NCBI GenBank assembly: GCA_963773065.1
Contig: CAVYZN010000032.1
Coordinates: 96,001 to 160,000 of the forward strand
Source: an uncultured Gammaproteobacteria bacterium
GTDB taxonomy: Bacteria > Pseudomonadota > Gammaproteobacteria > UBA9214
Length of the DNA stretch: 64,000 nucleotides
Reading direction: 5' to 3'
The position numbers were made by a program, and so were the translations under genes. The notes below the pieces were generated by a model. That model did not search any database, had not been told where the DNA came from, and worked only from the letters and a program-made list of their open reading frames with translations. Positions within the stretch are counted from its first letter, which is position 1. Every line of letters begins with the position of its first letter. This document shows positions 23,501-33,606 of the stretch, in pieces.

Positions 23501-24069
23501 TCGTGGTGATACAGGCGCTTGAGTACCTCGAGTCGCCTGAGGATGCGCTCCCGGGCGTCGCCGTCGCGCGTGCGCTGCCAGTTCTCGACGTCGTCGATGA
23601 AACCTTCGCTGGCGGCGAGTTCCTCGGCGTTATTTCGCTTTGCTTCCAGCCAGGTTTCGATCTGAGTGACTTTCAGGTTGGCGATGGCGTCGAGGTTGGC
23701 TAATGCCTCGGCACGGATGCGGGGACCCTGCGTATGAATGACGCCGTAGCCGAGGAGGGGCACGACCAGGGCAAGCCCTAGGAACACGCCGAGCATGTTG
23801 CGGAGCTTCTGTACGCCAGGGCGCGCCGGCTTGTCCAGGCTGCTCCGGCCCCAGACCCGCAACAGCAGGTAGAGCAGGAGGGAGGTGACGGCGACAAAGG
23901 CCACGCCCTTGGCCGTGCCGATCCAGGTAAGCCGCTCGGCGTCGTGCACCACGAGCGCCAGCAGCCGGTCGGACGCGAATATCCAGAGGGTGGCGAAAAC
24001 CAGGTAGAGGGCCGCGACGCGGGCAGCCGCTTGCCGGGTGGTTACGCGGCTATCCGGCAGGAACGACAT
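20539..24069 (-). CDS. Hybrid sensor histidine kinase (TM helices, Cache-like sensor, three PAS, HisKA, HATPase, REC)
   Basis: LAHELRNPLAP, NLLDNAAKY, GLGIGL, LLDIGLKGMDGYE. Confidence 0.92.
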   Translation of the reverse strand: MSFLPDSRVTTRQAAARVAALYLVFATLWIFASDRLLALVVHDAERLTWIGTAKGVAFVAVTSLLLYLLLRVWGRSSLDKPARPGVQKLRNMLGVFLGLALVVPLLGYGVIHTQGPRIRAEALANLDAIANLKVTQIETWLEAKRNNAEELAASEGFIDDVENWQRTRDGDARERILRRLEVLKRLYHHDVQLLDADGERLLSPPGEPDTLKGIRTALLPAALRTGLVQVSDLYRDGAEQIRLDFVVPLIKRDAGAHRVAGVAVLRAAVEEFLFPLIQTWPTPSPSGETLLIRRDGNSVLYLNQLRHRGDAALTFRLPLDTPELTAAIALRSGRTGNIEGRDYRGIPVLSAVRQVPNTSWFLLTKVDRDEVLRPLHDLVFWIGLVAFAAVAAVAAAVFLLWRQEQHAHRLELIAQAAEKDRLLKLFYDLPFIGMAITSPESRRWLHANDRLCEILDYPREELLQTTWEEITHPDDLTAERVQLEQVLNGASDGYMLDKRFVRKDGSLIETSLDVKCVRRAGHGVEYLVATVQDVTESKRVGEALRDSEMDLNRAQAVGQIGSWRLDVRHNELLWSDENHRIFGIPRGTPLTYETFLSTVHPDDREYVDRMWKAALHGEPYDIEHRLIADGMVKWVRERAELEFDEQGTLLGGFGTTQDITVRKQAEEKLRLQLRLTNAITECAADSIFVTDEYGRTTFVNAEAERIFGYTAGEFLGQVLHDLIHHHHADGRPYPFSDCPNCWIYASGETVRNEEALFFRKDGSPVMVACSNAPLEVSGERMGAVLVAHDITSHKRAEEALREADRRKDEFLAMLAHELRNPLAPIRNAAHIMGQPGLDGPRIEWARGIIEQQVVHLTRLVDDLLDVSRIVRGNIALKKERIELAAVVEQALESARPLIESKGHAVTVSLPEVPVQLEGDPVRLTQVLLNLLDNAAKYTPKGGKIELSAERVGPEVALRVRDNGIGIPAGLLPRIFDLFEQGERSLDRTEGGLGIGLTLVYRLVELHGGRVEAKSAGPGQGSEFTVWLPAAVARQAQTAAKPRPAPRRPGRRILLVEDDVSVADAMGVLLSLEGHQVKVAPTGQAALELAASFRPEAVLLDIGLKGMDGYEVARRLRELPEGREALLVAVTGYGHEEARARSLAAGFDHHLVKPVDPERLLDLLAGIGVPPSPAGSS

Positions 24070-24493
24070 GGATGCTTGTCCATGAAAAAACCAGTGTGGA
24101 AGGCGGCATGCAGCCCCGGCAGTTGTCGTCGATCATCGGAATCCGGCCCGGGAAACCCTCGATGCCGGCGTGCCCGCCGTGCTGCCCCGGCCCTCGACTC
24201 CGTGGATGAGGTGACATCTCAGACCATAAACTCATCAGGGTGATGGAAATCGTGGCATGGTACTGCACAAACAAGCGGCGAACAAAGCCTGGGGCGGCAA
24301 GAAGCTGGCCGGGGAAACGGCGGGCAGGGGTGTCCGTGGTCTGTCGGTAGGGAAACCGCTTAGAGCGGAAGAGAACAAGGGTGAGAGTGGGCCGAGGGTG
24401 CCTTATCGGACCTATCGGCGGGAAGACCACGGCGGGATTCCGCGTCAAGGTGAGCCCGCTACAACCGTTTTTCGGGTGGATGCTCGCGAAATG

Positions 24494-24516
24494 GGCGGGT
24501 TATGCTTCCTATACTC
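24494..24516 (+). mobile_element. Orphan oriIS-like end of an ISCR/IS91-family element
   Basis: ggcgggttatgcttcctatactc resembles the motifs at 39514 and 48151 that end the ISCR remnants. Confidence 0.6.
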
Positions 24517-24536
24517 CGGGTAACGCATAAGCTCAG

Positions 24537-25475
24537 TTGACCATGTCACTTCGTCGCATTTTCAGAAAACTACGCAAAGGCGGGCTGTTGAAACTCAAGC
24601 GGCTGCTTTATGAGGAGATCTTGGTGCTGGGGGATTCCCATGCCCGTATCTTTCGGTATAAGCGAATCCGCCGCAGCCTCCCCAGATTTTTTTTCAACGT
24701 GACCAATGTGGGCGGGGCAACCGCTTCCGGTTTGGCCAACCCCAACTCCAAGACCCAAGCGTATCAGATTTTTCGCGAAGCCTTGCAAACCACCAAGGCG
24801 AAAACCGTGATCGTGATGCTGGGCGAGGTCGATACGGGGTTCGTCATCTGGTATCGGGCCAAAAAATATAACGAGGCGGTGAGCGTGGTGATGCAGGCGG
24901 CCATCAAAACTTACACCAGCTTTCTTTCGGAAATAAAAGCCCGCTCCTTTCGGGTCATCTGCATCAGCACGCCGCTGCCGACGATCAAGGACGGCAATGA
25001 TTGGGGAGAGATTGCCAACGCGAGAAAGGAAATCTCTGCCACCCAGGTGGAGCGGACCGCCCTCACCTTGGCCTTCAATCAACAGATCGAGGTATTCTGT
25101 CAGTTGGAGGGCATTTCCTTTATCAATCTCGATAAGCGTTCGCTGGGAGAAGACGGCACGGTGAATCCCTCGCTGCTCAACTCGAATCCCAATAACCATC
25201 ATTATGAGCCGCAGGCCTATGCCGCGCTGCTGGTTGGACCGCTTCAGGACGTGGCCGCTTCAAAGTCCGAATCGGGGTCTCAAATGCCGAGCCTGAGGAT
25301 CATCAGGTTGGCGATGACGTCGATTTTGGCCAATGCCGTTAGCGGGCTGTGGCACAGGCACTGCGTGTCGGCGTTAACACCTGCCCTGATGCCGGCCGGG
25401 TTGCTCGACGGCCTCCAAGCGGCTGGCAGGAAGCCCCGCAGCCAGGCCAATTGCTGCCGGGTCAGGGGCAAGTGA
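24537..25475 (+). CDS. SGNH/GDSL-like hydrolase, lower GC; C-terminal ~70 aa possibly junction read-through
   Basis: LVLGDSH, GGATASGL, MLGEVD, NNHH motifs. Confidence 0.65.
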   Translation: MTMSLRRIFRKLRKGGLLKLKRLLYEEILVLGDSHARIFRYKRIRRSLPRFFFNVTNVGGATASGLANPNSKTQAYQIFREALQTTKAKTVIVMLGEVDTGFVIWYRAKKYNEAVSVVMQAAIKTYTSFLSEIKARSFRVICISTPLPTIKDGNDWGEIANARKEISATQVERTALTLAFNQQIEVFCQLEGISFINLDKRSLGEDGTVNPSLLNSNPNNHHYEPQAYAALLVGPLQDVAASKSESGSQMPSLRIIRLAMTSILANAVSGLWHRHCVSALTPALMPAGLLDGLQAAGRKPRSQANCCRVRGK

Positions 25476-25494
25476 TCGTGAGGGTTGCAATCAC

Positions 25495-25515
25495 GAATAG
25501 GAAACATTATCATTT
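25495..25515. promoter_or_regulatory. Possible Fur box upstream of hemP
   Basis: gaataggaaacattatcattt (reverse complement contains AATGATAAT); partial match only. Confidence 0.4.
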
Positions 25516-25615
25516 GTACATGTAATAATCGTCCATGGTGAAGACTGCCACTTGACGACAAGGCCATCTTCACCGGTCTGGATACGGCCTGCGGTGACAA
25601 AGGGGGGATATTCAT

Positions 25616-25822
25616 TTGGAGAGGGAAAATCAGGTCTTCCGTAAGGCCGTGATAAACGCCGGTCCGAACCCCGCCGTGGCGGGAACCGCCGGTGTAGACG
25701 GGGCGCCGTGTTATTCGACCCATGAATTGTTCGGCGCTGCCCGGCTGGTCACGATCGTACACGCGGGGCAGATCTACCGGATGCAAATCACCCGTATGGG
25801 AAAGTTGATCCTGACTAAATAG
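25616..25822 (+). CDS. hemP: Hemin uptake protein HemP
   Basis: ELFGAARLVTIVHAGQIYRMQITRMGKLILTK C-terminal signature. Confidence 0.88.
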   Translation: MERENQVFRKAVINAGPNPAVAGTAGVDGAPCYSTHELFGAARLVTIVHAGQIYRMQITRMGKLILTK

Positions 25823-25952
25823 ACCCGCGGGCCGGGAATGCCGCCGTTCCCGTCCCGGGCACTAAGTTCCGGCGGTTGCCGTAGCCAGCCATGCAGCGCC
25901 ATCGGGCGATGCCAGCCAGCCTCTTTGATCGATCTCACCGAGGAGGTGCTGC

Positions 25953-26297
25953 ATGTCCGACATATCCCGTGGTACCGACGCGCAACGCGTTGCGCACATC
26001 GAAGACTCGCTGTTTTTTCTCATGACCCGTTTCGGGGTATGCCCCTGCGCCTGGCTTGCGGAGGCGATCAAACACCAGATTGAAATGCTGCTGCGGCAGC
26101 CCGGAGACGCCGGTGCCGCTAAGGCGCGGTTGTACCGCCAATTGTTGCCCGCCTGGCGGCATCTTGCCGAGGAGACGTCCCATGCCCCGGAGGACATGAC
26201 GGTGGCGAGCGCCGCGATATCGATACGTTCCACCGCATCGCCTCCGCGGCCGTGTACCCCGCGGGAGTCGGCGGTGGGGCGTGTTGCGAATCCATAG
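25953..26297 (+). CDS. Hypothetical protein
   Basis: GAGGAGG RBS; co-oriented between hemP and the oxidase; LFFLMTRF..CPC..LAEAIKHQIEMLL. Confidence 0.6.
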   Translation: MSDISRGTDAQRVAHIEDSLFFLMTRFGVCPCAWLAEAIKHQIEMLLRQPGDAGAAKARLYRQLLPAWRHLAEETSHAPEDMTVASAAISIRSTASPPRPCTPRESAVGRVANP

Positions 26298-26346
26298 GGT
26301 ACGGGCCGTGATTAATCTCAACCAAAGAATCAAAGGAGCAAATTCA

Positions 26347-27430
26347 ATGCGGAAGACCCCTACACGAGCAGTCCACGCACTGGCCGCGCTGCTGGCCGGC
26401 ATCATCCTCTGCGGTCCCGCCGCGGCGCAGACGCGGGAATACTGGATCGCGGCCGACGAGGTTGCCTGGGACTACCCCCCTCGTTTCCCATCGATTTGAT
26501 GTATGGTGAGGAATTCACCCCGGAGCAGCGGGTATTCGTCGAGAACGGCATCGGCCGTGTCTATCTTAAATCGCTCTATAGCGCGTACACCAAAGGCTTC
26601 GCCTCCCCAAGCCGCGCGGACCGCGTGAGCAGCATCTGGGTACGCTCGGGCCGGTCATCCGGGCCGAGGTCGGGGACACGATCGTCGTGCATTTCCGCAA
26701 CAACACCCGGTTTCCCGCCAGCGTCCACCCGCACGGGGTCTTCTATGAAAAGTCATCCGAGGGCGCGCCGTATGCGGATGGCACCGGCGATGGGAGCGGC
26801 GACAGCGTGGCGCCGGCGAGCGAGTATACCTACGTCTGGCCGGTGCCGGAGCGGGCAGGTCCCGGACCGAACGATCCCAGTTCCATTGCCTGGGTCTACC
26901 ATTCGCATGTGGACGAGGTCGCCGACACGAATGCCGGGCTGATCGGTCCGATCATCATCACCCGGCGCGGCATGGCGGACGCGGACGGCGCCCCCCGGCA
27001 TGTCGACCGCGAATTCATCTCCCTGTTCACCATCTTCAATGAAAACGCCAGCCGCTATCTGGAGGCCAACCTGGCGAACTGCACCAACGGCTCCTGTGAT
27101 CCCGGCGATGCGGACTTCCAGGAGAGCAATCTAAAGCACGGCATCAACGGGCTGCTGTATGGCAACAACCGGGGCTATGAGATGCGCGTCGGGGAACGCG
27201 TGCGCTGGTACATCATCGGCATGGGGACCGAGGTGGACCTGCACACGCCGCACTGGCACGGCAACACCCTGCTGCATCAGGGCAGCCGGCTCGATGTGGC
27301 GGAGATTCTGCCCGCCGCCACCAAAACCTTCGACATGGTGCCAGACAATCCCGGTACCTGGATGTTCCACTGCCACGTGAACGATCATCTGAGCGCGGGT
27401 ATGATGACGGTGTATACCGTGACCGAGTAA
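26347..27430 (+). CDS. Secreted two-domain multicopper oxidase (apparent frameshifts near 26480 and 26610)
   Basis: Signal peptide, REYWIAADEVAWDY, VHPHG, YHSH, LHTPHWHG, HCHVNDHLSAGM. Confidence 0.88.
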
Positions 27431-27488
27431 TCCTGGGGGGCGCCGCCTGTCCTGGCACCGGCGGCATCCGGCGCCCGGCCGATGAGGG

Positions 27489-28205
27489 TCAAGCGGGTAC
27501 GAACCGGTAGCCGATGCCCGTCTCGGTGATCAGGTGCCTGGGCCGCGCCGGGTCGGCTTCGAGTTTTTGCCGCAGATGCCCCATGTAGATACGCAGGTAG
27601 TGGCTGTGCTCCACGTGGGACGGCCCCCAAACCTCGCGCAGGAGCAGCCGATGCGTCAGCACCTTTCCCGGGTGGCTCAGCAGTACCGCAAGCAAGCGGA
27701 ACTCGACCTGGGTCAGGTGGACTTCCTGCTCGCTCCGTAAGACGCGGCGATTCGCCAGATCCACGACCACATCGGCGAAGCGCAGCACGGGACCCTGCTC
27801 ATCGCCGGAGCGGGCGGTGCGGCGCAGCGACGCCCGCATCCGCGCCAGCAGCTCCGCCACGCCGAAAGGCTTGCTCAGGTAATCGTCGGCGCCCGCATCC
27901 AGCGCCTCAACCTTGTCATGCTCCTCGACCCGGGCCGACAGGACGACGATGGGCATGCCGCTCCAGGCGCGCACCGCGCGGATGAAGTCCGTGCCATCGC
28001 CGTCGGGCAGACCCAGATCGAGGATGACGAGATCGGGCTTGCGCGTGCCGGCCTCGATCAAGCCGCGTTGCAGCGTTCTCCGCCTCGAACACGCGAAAGC
28101 CCTCCGCCTCCAGGGCATGGCGCACGAAGCGCCGGATTTCCTTCTCGTCCTCGACGATCAGGATATTGGCGTGCGTCTCGATGGGACTGGCTCCCCTGGT
28201 TTCAT
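27489..28205 (-). CDS. kdpE: Response regulator KdpE (apparent frameshift near 28075)
   Basis: LDLGLPDGDG, YLRIYMGHLRQKLEADPARP. Confidence 0.92.
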
Positions 28206-30907
28206 GGCGATGCCTCGGGTTCCATGCCGGGCTGTTCGTCCAGCGGCAAGGTAAAGATAAACCGTGCGCCGTGGGGGGCGCGATTCTCGGCCCAGATTTT
28301 CCCGCCGTGCCCTTCCACGATCGCCTCGCAGATGGCGAGCCCCAGGCCCACGCCGGGGATGACCGATTCCTTTTCGCCGCGGACGAACTGCGCGAAAATG
28401 GCGCGCTCCTGGCCGGGCGGCAGGCCCGGGCCCTCGTCCCACACTTCGACGCGCAGCTGTTCCTCCGCCGGTTTGGCGGTGACGCCGATGGCCGTCCCGG
28501 GCGGCGTGTATTTGGCGGCGTTCTCCAGCAGATTGACCAGTACGCGCTCCATCAGGAGCGGGTCGCATCTGACCAGCGGCAGATCCGCGGGCAGATCCAG
28601 GCTGACCGGGTGCTCGCTCAATGCCGGCTCGAGCCCCTTGAGCGCGCTGCCGACGATCTCCTCGAGCGACTGCCAGTCCTTGCGCGGCTTCACGTCGCCG
28701 GATTGCAGCCTGGCCATTTCCAGCAGGTTGTTCACCATCCGGCTGGTGCGCAAGGCCTGCTCGCGTATCACGTCGGCCTTGTCCGTGTATTCCGATTGCG
28801 CCGCGACCAGATCGAGCGACAGCGTCTCGGCCATGCCGACCAGCGCCGTGAGCGGCGTTCGCAGGTCGTGCGAGAGCGCGGCCAGCAGCGAGTTGCGCAG
28901 CCGCTCGGATTCCATTTTTATCAAGGTGTCCTGCGCCACCGACACGAAGTGGATGCGCTCCAGGGCGATCGCGATCAGCGCCGCGAAGGTGTCGAGCAGC
29001 CGGCGCTGCTCCGGGATCATCAACAGGCGCGGATTCTGCGGCTCGATCACCAGCACCCCGCGCACCCGCATCGGCGCCTTGAGCGGCAGGTAGAGCTGCG
29101 CGGTCGCGGGCAGCGTGTCGGTACCGGTACCGGCCGGTTCGTTCCTGTCGCAGCACCACTGCGCGACGGCGAGATCGTAGGCCGGGGTGGCGCCGTGCGC
29201 GGCGGGCGCCTGCAGCTTGTCGGACAGATCGGGCAACAGGATCGTGGCCTTGGCATGGAAGGTCGATTCCACGAACCGGTCGCTGATCTCGACCACCTGT
29301 TCCTCGACCAGTGCCGATGACAGGGACTTGGCCATTTCATACAGACTGCGGGCGCGTTCCTCGCGATGTTGCGCCACCCGCGCCTGATAGCGCAATCCGG
29401 CGGTGAGATGCCCGGTGACCAGGCCCACGATCAGCATGACGGCGAAGGTGAGCAGATACTGCACGTCGCTCACCGCGAAGGTGAGGCGCGGAGGCACGAA
29501 AAAGAAATCGAACGAGACCACGCTCAGTATCGCGGCGAGCACCGCCGGTCCGCGCCCGTAGCGGTAGGCGATGTACACCACGCCCAGCAGGTACAACATG
29601 ACGATGTTGGCGAGATCGAAGTGACGCAACAGCGGTGTCGCCACCGCCGTGATGCCGGCGCAGGCGAGCGCCGCGTACAGATAACCCCGGAGGGGCACGG
29701 GTGTTCTGGCGTCCTCCCGTCGCTCGATCTCCACGGCGGCCGCGCGGCGCGCGCGCTCTTCCTCCCTGGCCACCGTCATGATATCGATGTCGGGCGCCCG
29801 CGCGCCCAGGCGCTGGCTGAACGCCTGGCGCGCGGGCCAGCGCCGCCGCGCCCGCGTGCTGCGCCCCGCGACGATCCGCCCGAGATTGTTGTGCCGCGCG
29901 TAGTCGAGCACGGCCTCGACGGCATCCTGCGCGGCCACGGTCGCCGTCTCGGCGCCGAGATCCTGCGCGAGCTTGAGCGTCCTGAGGATGGCATGCTGGC
30001 GCGCCTCCGGCAGGCGCCGCGTCCGCGGGGTCTCCACGTACAGCGCATGCCACAGGCTGTCGAGCTTCGTGGCGAGGCGCGCCGCCGTGCGCACCACCTT
30101 CTCGTCCACGTCGCTCGGCCCGATGCAGGCGAGCAGCGTGTCGCGCGTGTGCCAGACATGCTCCTGTGCGCTGGTGCGGCGGAACGCCCGCATCTGGTCA
30201 TCCACGCGGTCGGCCGTCTGCCGCAGCGCCAGGTTGCGCAGCGCGATCAGGTTACCCTTGCGGAAGAAGTTCTGGATCGCGCGCTCGGCCTGTTCCGGCA
30301 GATACACCTTGCCCTCGCGCAGGCGCACCAGCAGGTCGTCGGGCGGCAGGTCCACCAGCACGACCTCGTTGGCATCGGCGAACACGCGGTCCGGCACCGT
30401 CTCCCAGACGCGGATGCCGGTGATGCCCCCGACGATGTCGTTGAGGCTTTCGATGTGCTGCACGTTGACGGTCGTGAGCACGTCGATGCCCGCGGCCAGC
30501 AGCTCCTCGACGTCCTGCCAGCGTTTGGGGTGGCGGCAGCGCGGCGCGTTCGAATGCGCCAGCTCATCGACCAGCAGCACCGCCGGCCGGCGCCGGAGCG
30601 CCGCGTCGAGGTCGAATTCCTGCAAGGTGCGCCCGCGGTGCTCGATATCCTTGCGCGGCAGGCTTTCCAGGCCCTCCATCAGCACCGCGGTTTCGCTGCG
30701 GCCGTGGGTCTCGACCACGCCGATCACCACGTCCAGCCCCTGCGCGCGCAGGCGGCGCGCCTCGATCAGCATCGCGTAGGTCTTGCCGACCCCGGGCGTG
30801 GCGCCGAAAAAAATCCTGAGCCTGCCGCGCCGGGCCTGCGCTTCCTGCGCTTTGGCCTCCGCCAGCAGCGCATCGGGGGAGGGGCGGCGAGTGTCGTCTT
30901 GTGCCAC
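28202..30907 (-). CDS. kdpD: Sensor kinase KdpD
   Basis: GATPGVGKTYAML, DELAHSN, KRWQDV, Usp domain, four TM, SHDLRTPL. Confidence 0.96.
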   Translation of the reverse strand: MAQDDTRRPSPDALLAEAKAQEAQARRGRLRIFFGATPGVGKTYAMLIEARRLRAQGLDVVIGVVETHGRSETAVLMEGLESLPRKDIEHRGRTLQEFDLDAALRRRPAVLLVDELAHSNAPRCRHPKRWQDVEELLAAGIDVLTTVNVQHIESLNDIVGGITGIRVWETVPDRVFADANEVVLVDLPPDDLLVRLREGKVYLPEQAERAIQNFFRKGNLIALRNLALRQTADRVDDQMRAFRRTSAQEHVWHTRDTLLACIGPSDVDEKVVRTAARLATKLDSLWHALYVETPRTRRLPEARQHAILRTLKLAQDLGAETATVAAQDAVEAVLDYARHNNLGRIVAGRSTRARRRWPARQAFSQRLGARAPDIDIMTVAREEERARRAAAVEIERREDARTPVPLRGYLYAALACAGITAVATPLLRHFDLANIVMLYLLGVVYIAYRYGRGPAVLAAILSVVSFDFFFVPPRLTFAVSDVQYLLTFAVMLIVGLVTGHLTAGLRYQARVAQHREERARSLYEMAKSLSSALVEEQVVEISDRFVESTFHAKATILLPDLSDKLQAPAAHGATPAYDLAVAQWCCDRNEPAGTGTDTLPATAQLYLPLKAPMRVRGVLVIEPQNPRLLMIPEQRRLLDTFAALIAIALERIHFVSVAQDTLIKMESERLRNSLLAALSHDLRTPLTALVGMAETLSLDLVAAQSEYTDKADVIREQALRTSRMVNNLLEMARLQSGDVKPRKDWQSLEEIVGSALKGLEPALSEHPVSLDLPADLPLVRCDPLLMERVLVNLLENAAKYTPPGTAIGVTAKPAEEQLRVEVWDEGPGLPPGQERAIFAQFVRGEKESVIPGVGLGLAICEAIVEGHGGKIWAENRAPHGARFIFTLPLDEQPGMEPEASP

Positions 30908-30913
30908 GGGTGG

Positions 30914-31490
30914 TTACTGTTGATTACCCTCGAGCGCGAGGTTGAGCCGCAGCACGTTCACCCGCGGCTCGCCCAGTCTGCCGAGCCACGGGCGCTCCGC
31001 CTGCTGCTCGATGAGCGCCGTGACCTGCTCGACCGGGAGGCGCCGGGTCCTGGCCACGCGCGTTGCCTGATAGTACGCCGCCGCGAGCGAAATGTCCGGA
31101 TCCAGACCGCTCGCCGAGGCCGTCACCAGATCGACCGGCACCGGCCGGTCGTTGCCCGGGTCGGCGGCCCTGAGCGCTTCGATGCGCGCCTTGACCGCCT
31201 CGGTCAGCGCCGGATTGAGCGGCCCGAGATTCGAGCCGCTGGAAACCGCGGCGTTGTAGGGATACGGGCCGGTGGCCGAGGGCCGGCCCCAGAAATACCC
31301 GGGCGACGAAAACTGCTGACCGATGAGCGCGGAACCGACCGCTTGGCCGTTCACCGTCACGAGGGAGCCGTTGGCCTGGTGCGGGAACAGCGCCTGGGCG
31401 ACAGCCGGTCACCGCGAGCGGATAAACGACGCCCGTCAGCACGGTAAGCGCCGCGAACAACGTTACCGCGGGACGCAGTAGAGTCTTCAT
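30914..31490 (-). CDS. kdpC: K+-transporting ATPase subunit C (apparent frameshift near 31400)
   Basis: [27 protein letters not shown]. Confidence 0.92.
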
Positions 31491-31502
31491 AGTGTTTTCT
31501 CC

Positions 31503-33605
31503 TTACACCAGACCCAGGGCCACGAGCCCCAGGTCGATGAGCTTGATGCCGATGAACGGGACCAGGATACCACCCAGGCCGTAGATCGCGAGATTGCGCC
31601 GCAACACCGCGCCGGCGCCCTGCGGGCGGTAGGTGATGCCCTTGAGCGCCAGCGGGATCAACGCCACGATGATCAAGGCATTGAAGATCACCGCCGACAG
31701 GATCGCCGACATCGGGCTGGCCAGCCCCATGACGTTGAGCGCGTCGAGCTGCGGGTAGATCGCCACGAACATGGCCGGGATGATGGCGAAGTACTTGGCC
31801 ACGTCGTTGGCGATGCTGAAGGTGGTGAGCGCGCCGCGGGTCATCAGCATCTGCTTGCCGACGGCGACCACCTCGAGCAGCTTGGTCGGGTTCGAGTCGA
31901 GATCGACCATGTTGCCGGCCTCCTTGGCCGCCTGCGTGCCGCTGTGCATCGCCACCGCGACGTCGGCCTGGGCGAGCGCCGGTGCGTCGTTGGTGCCGTC
32001 GCCGGTCATCGCCACCAGGCGGCCCTCGGCCTGGTACTGGCGGATGAGCGTGAGCTTGGCCTCCGGTGTCGCCTCGGCGAGGAAGTCGTCGACGCCGGCC
32101 TCGGCGGCGATGGCCGCGGCGGTCAGGCGGTTATCGCCGGTGATCATCACGGTCTTGATGCCCATGCGGCGCAGCTCGGCGAAGCGTTCCTTGATGCCGC
32201 CCTTGACGATGTCCTTGAGCTCGATCACGCCGAGCACGCGCGCGCCGTCGGCGACCACGAGCGGCGTGCTGCCGCGCCGCGCGACATCATCCACGAGCTG
32301 AGACGCTTCCTTGGGGAAAGTGCCGCCGTTCGCTTCGACGTGGCGGCGGATGGCATCGCCGGCGCCCTTGCGGATCTGGCGCATCTCATGATGACTTGCG
32401 CTTTCGCTTGGGAGATTGACGCCGCTCATGCGCGTCTGCGCCGAGAACGGCACGAAGGTCGCGCCGAGCTCGTGGATGTTGCGTTCGCGCAGATTGAAGC
32501 GCTGCTTGGCGAGCACCACGACGCTGCGCCCCTCGGGCGTTTCGTCGGCGAGCGAGGCGAGCTGCGCGGCATCGGCGAGCTGCTGCTCGGTCACGCCGCG
32601 CACCGGCAGGAAGGCCGCCGCCTGGCGGTTGCCGAGGGTGATGGTGCCGGTCTTGTCGAGCAGCAACACGTCCACGTCGCCGGCGGCTTCCACCGCGCGT
32701 CCGGAGGTCGCGATCACGTTCGCGCCCAGCATGCGGCTCATGCCGGCGATGCCGATGGCCGAGAGCAGCGCGCCGATGGTGGTCGGGATCAGGCACACGA
32801 GCAACGCCACCAGCGCGGTGATCGTGACCGGCTGCCCCGCCCCCGCCGCCGCCACGGAAAACAGGGAGTAGGGCAGCAGCGTGACGGTCGCGAGCAGGAA
32901 AATCAGCGTCAGCGCCACCAGCAGGATGGTGAGCGCGATCTCGTTCGGCGTCTTCCTGCGCTTCGCGCCCTCGACCAGCGCGATCATGCGGTCGAGAAAG
33001 GTTTCGCCGGGATTGACCGTGACGCGCACCACGATCCAGTCGGACAGGACCGTGGTGCCGCCGGTGACGGCGGAGAAGTCGCCGCCGGACTCGCGGATCA
33101 CCGGCGCGGACTCGCCGGTGATGGCGCTCTCGTTGACCGAGGCGGCGCCCTCGATCACCTCGCCGTCGGCCGGGATCATGTCGCCGGCCTCGATGAGCAC
33201 CACGTCGCCGCGCCGCAGTTCGGTGCCCGGTGTGAGATCCACTTGGGCGCCGTAGCGCGGCTCGCGCAGCTTCCTCGCTATCACGGCCTTCTTGGCGCCG
33301 CGCAGCGCGGCGGCCTGGGCTCGGCTGCGGCCCTCGGCCAGCGCCTCGGCGAAGTTGGCGAACAACACCGTGAACCACAGCCACAGGGTCGTGACGCCGA
33401 TGAACCAGGCCGGCGCTTCGCCCTGGCCTGCAAACACGGCCTGCAGCCACAGACCGGTGGTGAAGATGGCGCCGACGTACACCACGAACATCACCGGGTT
33501 CCTGAGCTGGACGCGCACGTCGAGTTTACGGAAGGAATCGACCAGGGCCGGTTTGACCAGGGTCGGATCGAACAGGGAAAGTTTCTTTGTCGTCATAAGG
33601 GTCAC
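31503..33605 (-). CDS. kdpB: K+-transporting ATPase subunit B
   Basis: [19 protein letters not shown]. Confidence 0.97.
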   Translation of the reverse strand: MTLMTTKKLSLFDPTLVKPALVDSFRKLDVRVQLRNPVMFVVYVGAIFTTGLWLQAVFAGQGEAPAWFIGVTTLWLWFTVLFANFAEALAEGRSRAQAAALRGAKKAVIARKLREPRYGAQVDLTPGTELRRGDVVLIEAGDMIPADGEVIEGAASVNESAITGESAPVIRESGGDFSAVTGGTTVLSDWIVVRVTVNPGETFLDRMIALVEGAKRRKTPNEIALTILLVALTLIFLLATVTLLPYSLFSVAAAGAGQPVTITALVALLVCLIPTTIGALLSAIGIAGMSRMLGANVIATSGRAVEAAGDVDVLLLDKTGTITLGNRQAAAFLPVRGVTEQQLADAAQLASLADETPEGRSVVVLAKQRFNLRERNIHELGATFVPFSAQTRMSGVNLPSESASHHEMRQIRKGAGDAIRRHVEANGGTFPKEASQLVDDVARRGSTPLVVADGARVLGVIELKDIVKGGIKERFAELRRMGIKTVMITGDNRLTAAAIAAEAGVDDFLAEATPEAKLTLIRQYQAEGRLVAMTGDGTNDAPALAQADVAVAMHSGTQAAKEAGNMVDLDSNPTKLLEVVAVGKQMLMTRGALTTFSIANDVAKYFAIIPAMFVAIYPQLDALNVMGLASPMSAILSAVIFNALIIVALIPLALKGITYRPQGAGAVLRRNLAIYGLGGILVPFIGIKLIDLGLVALGLV

Positions 33606-33606
33606 C

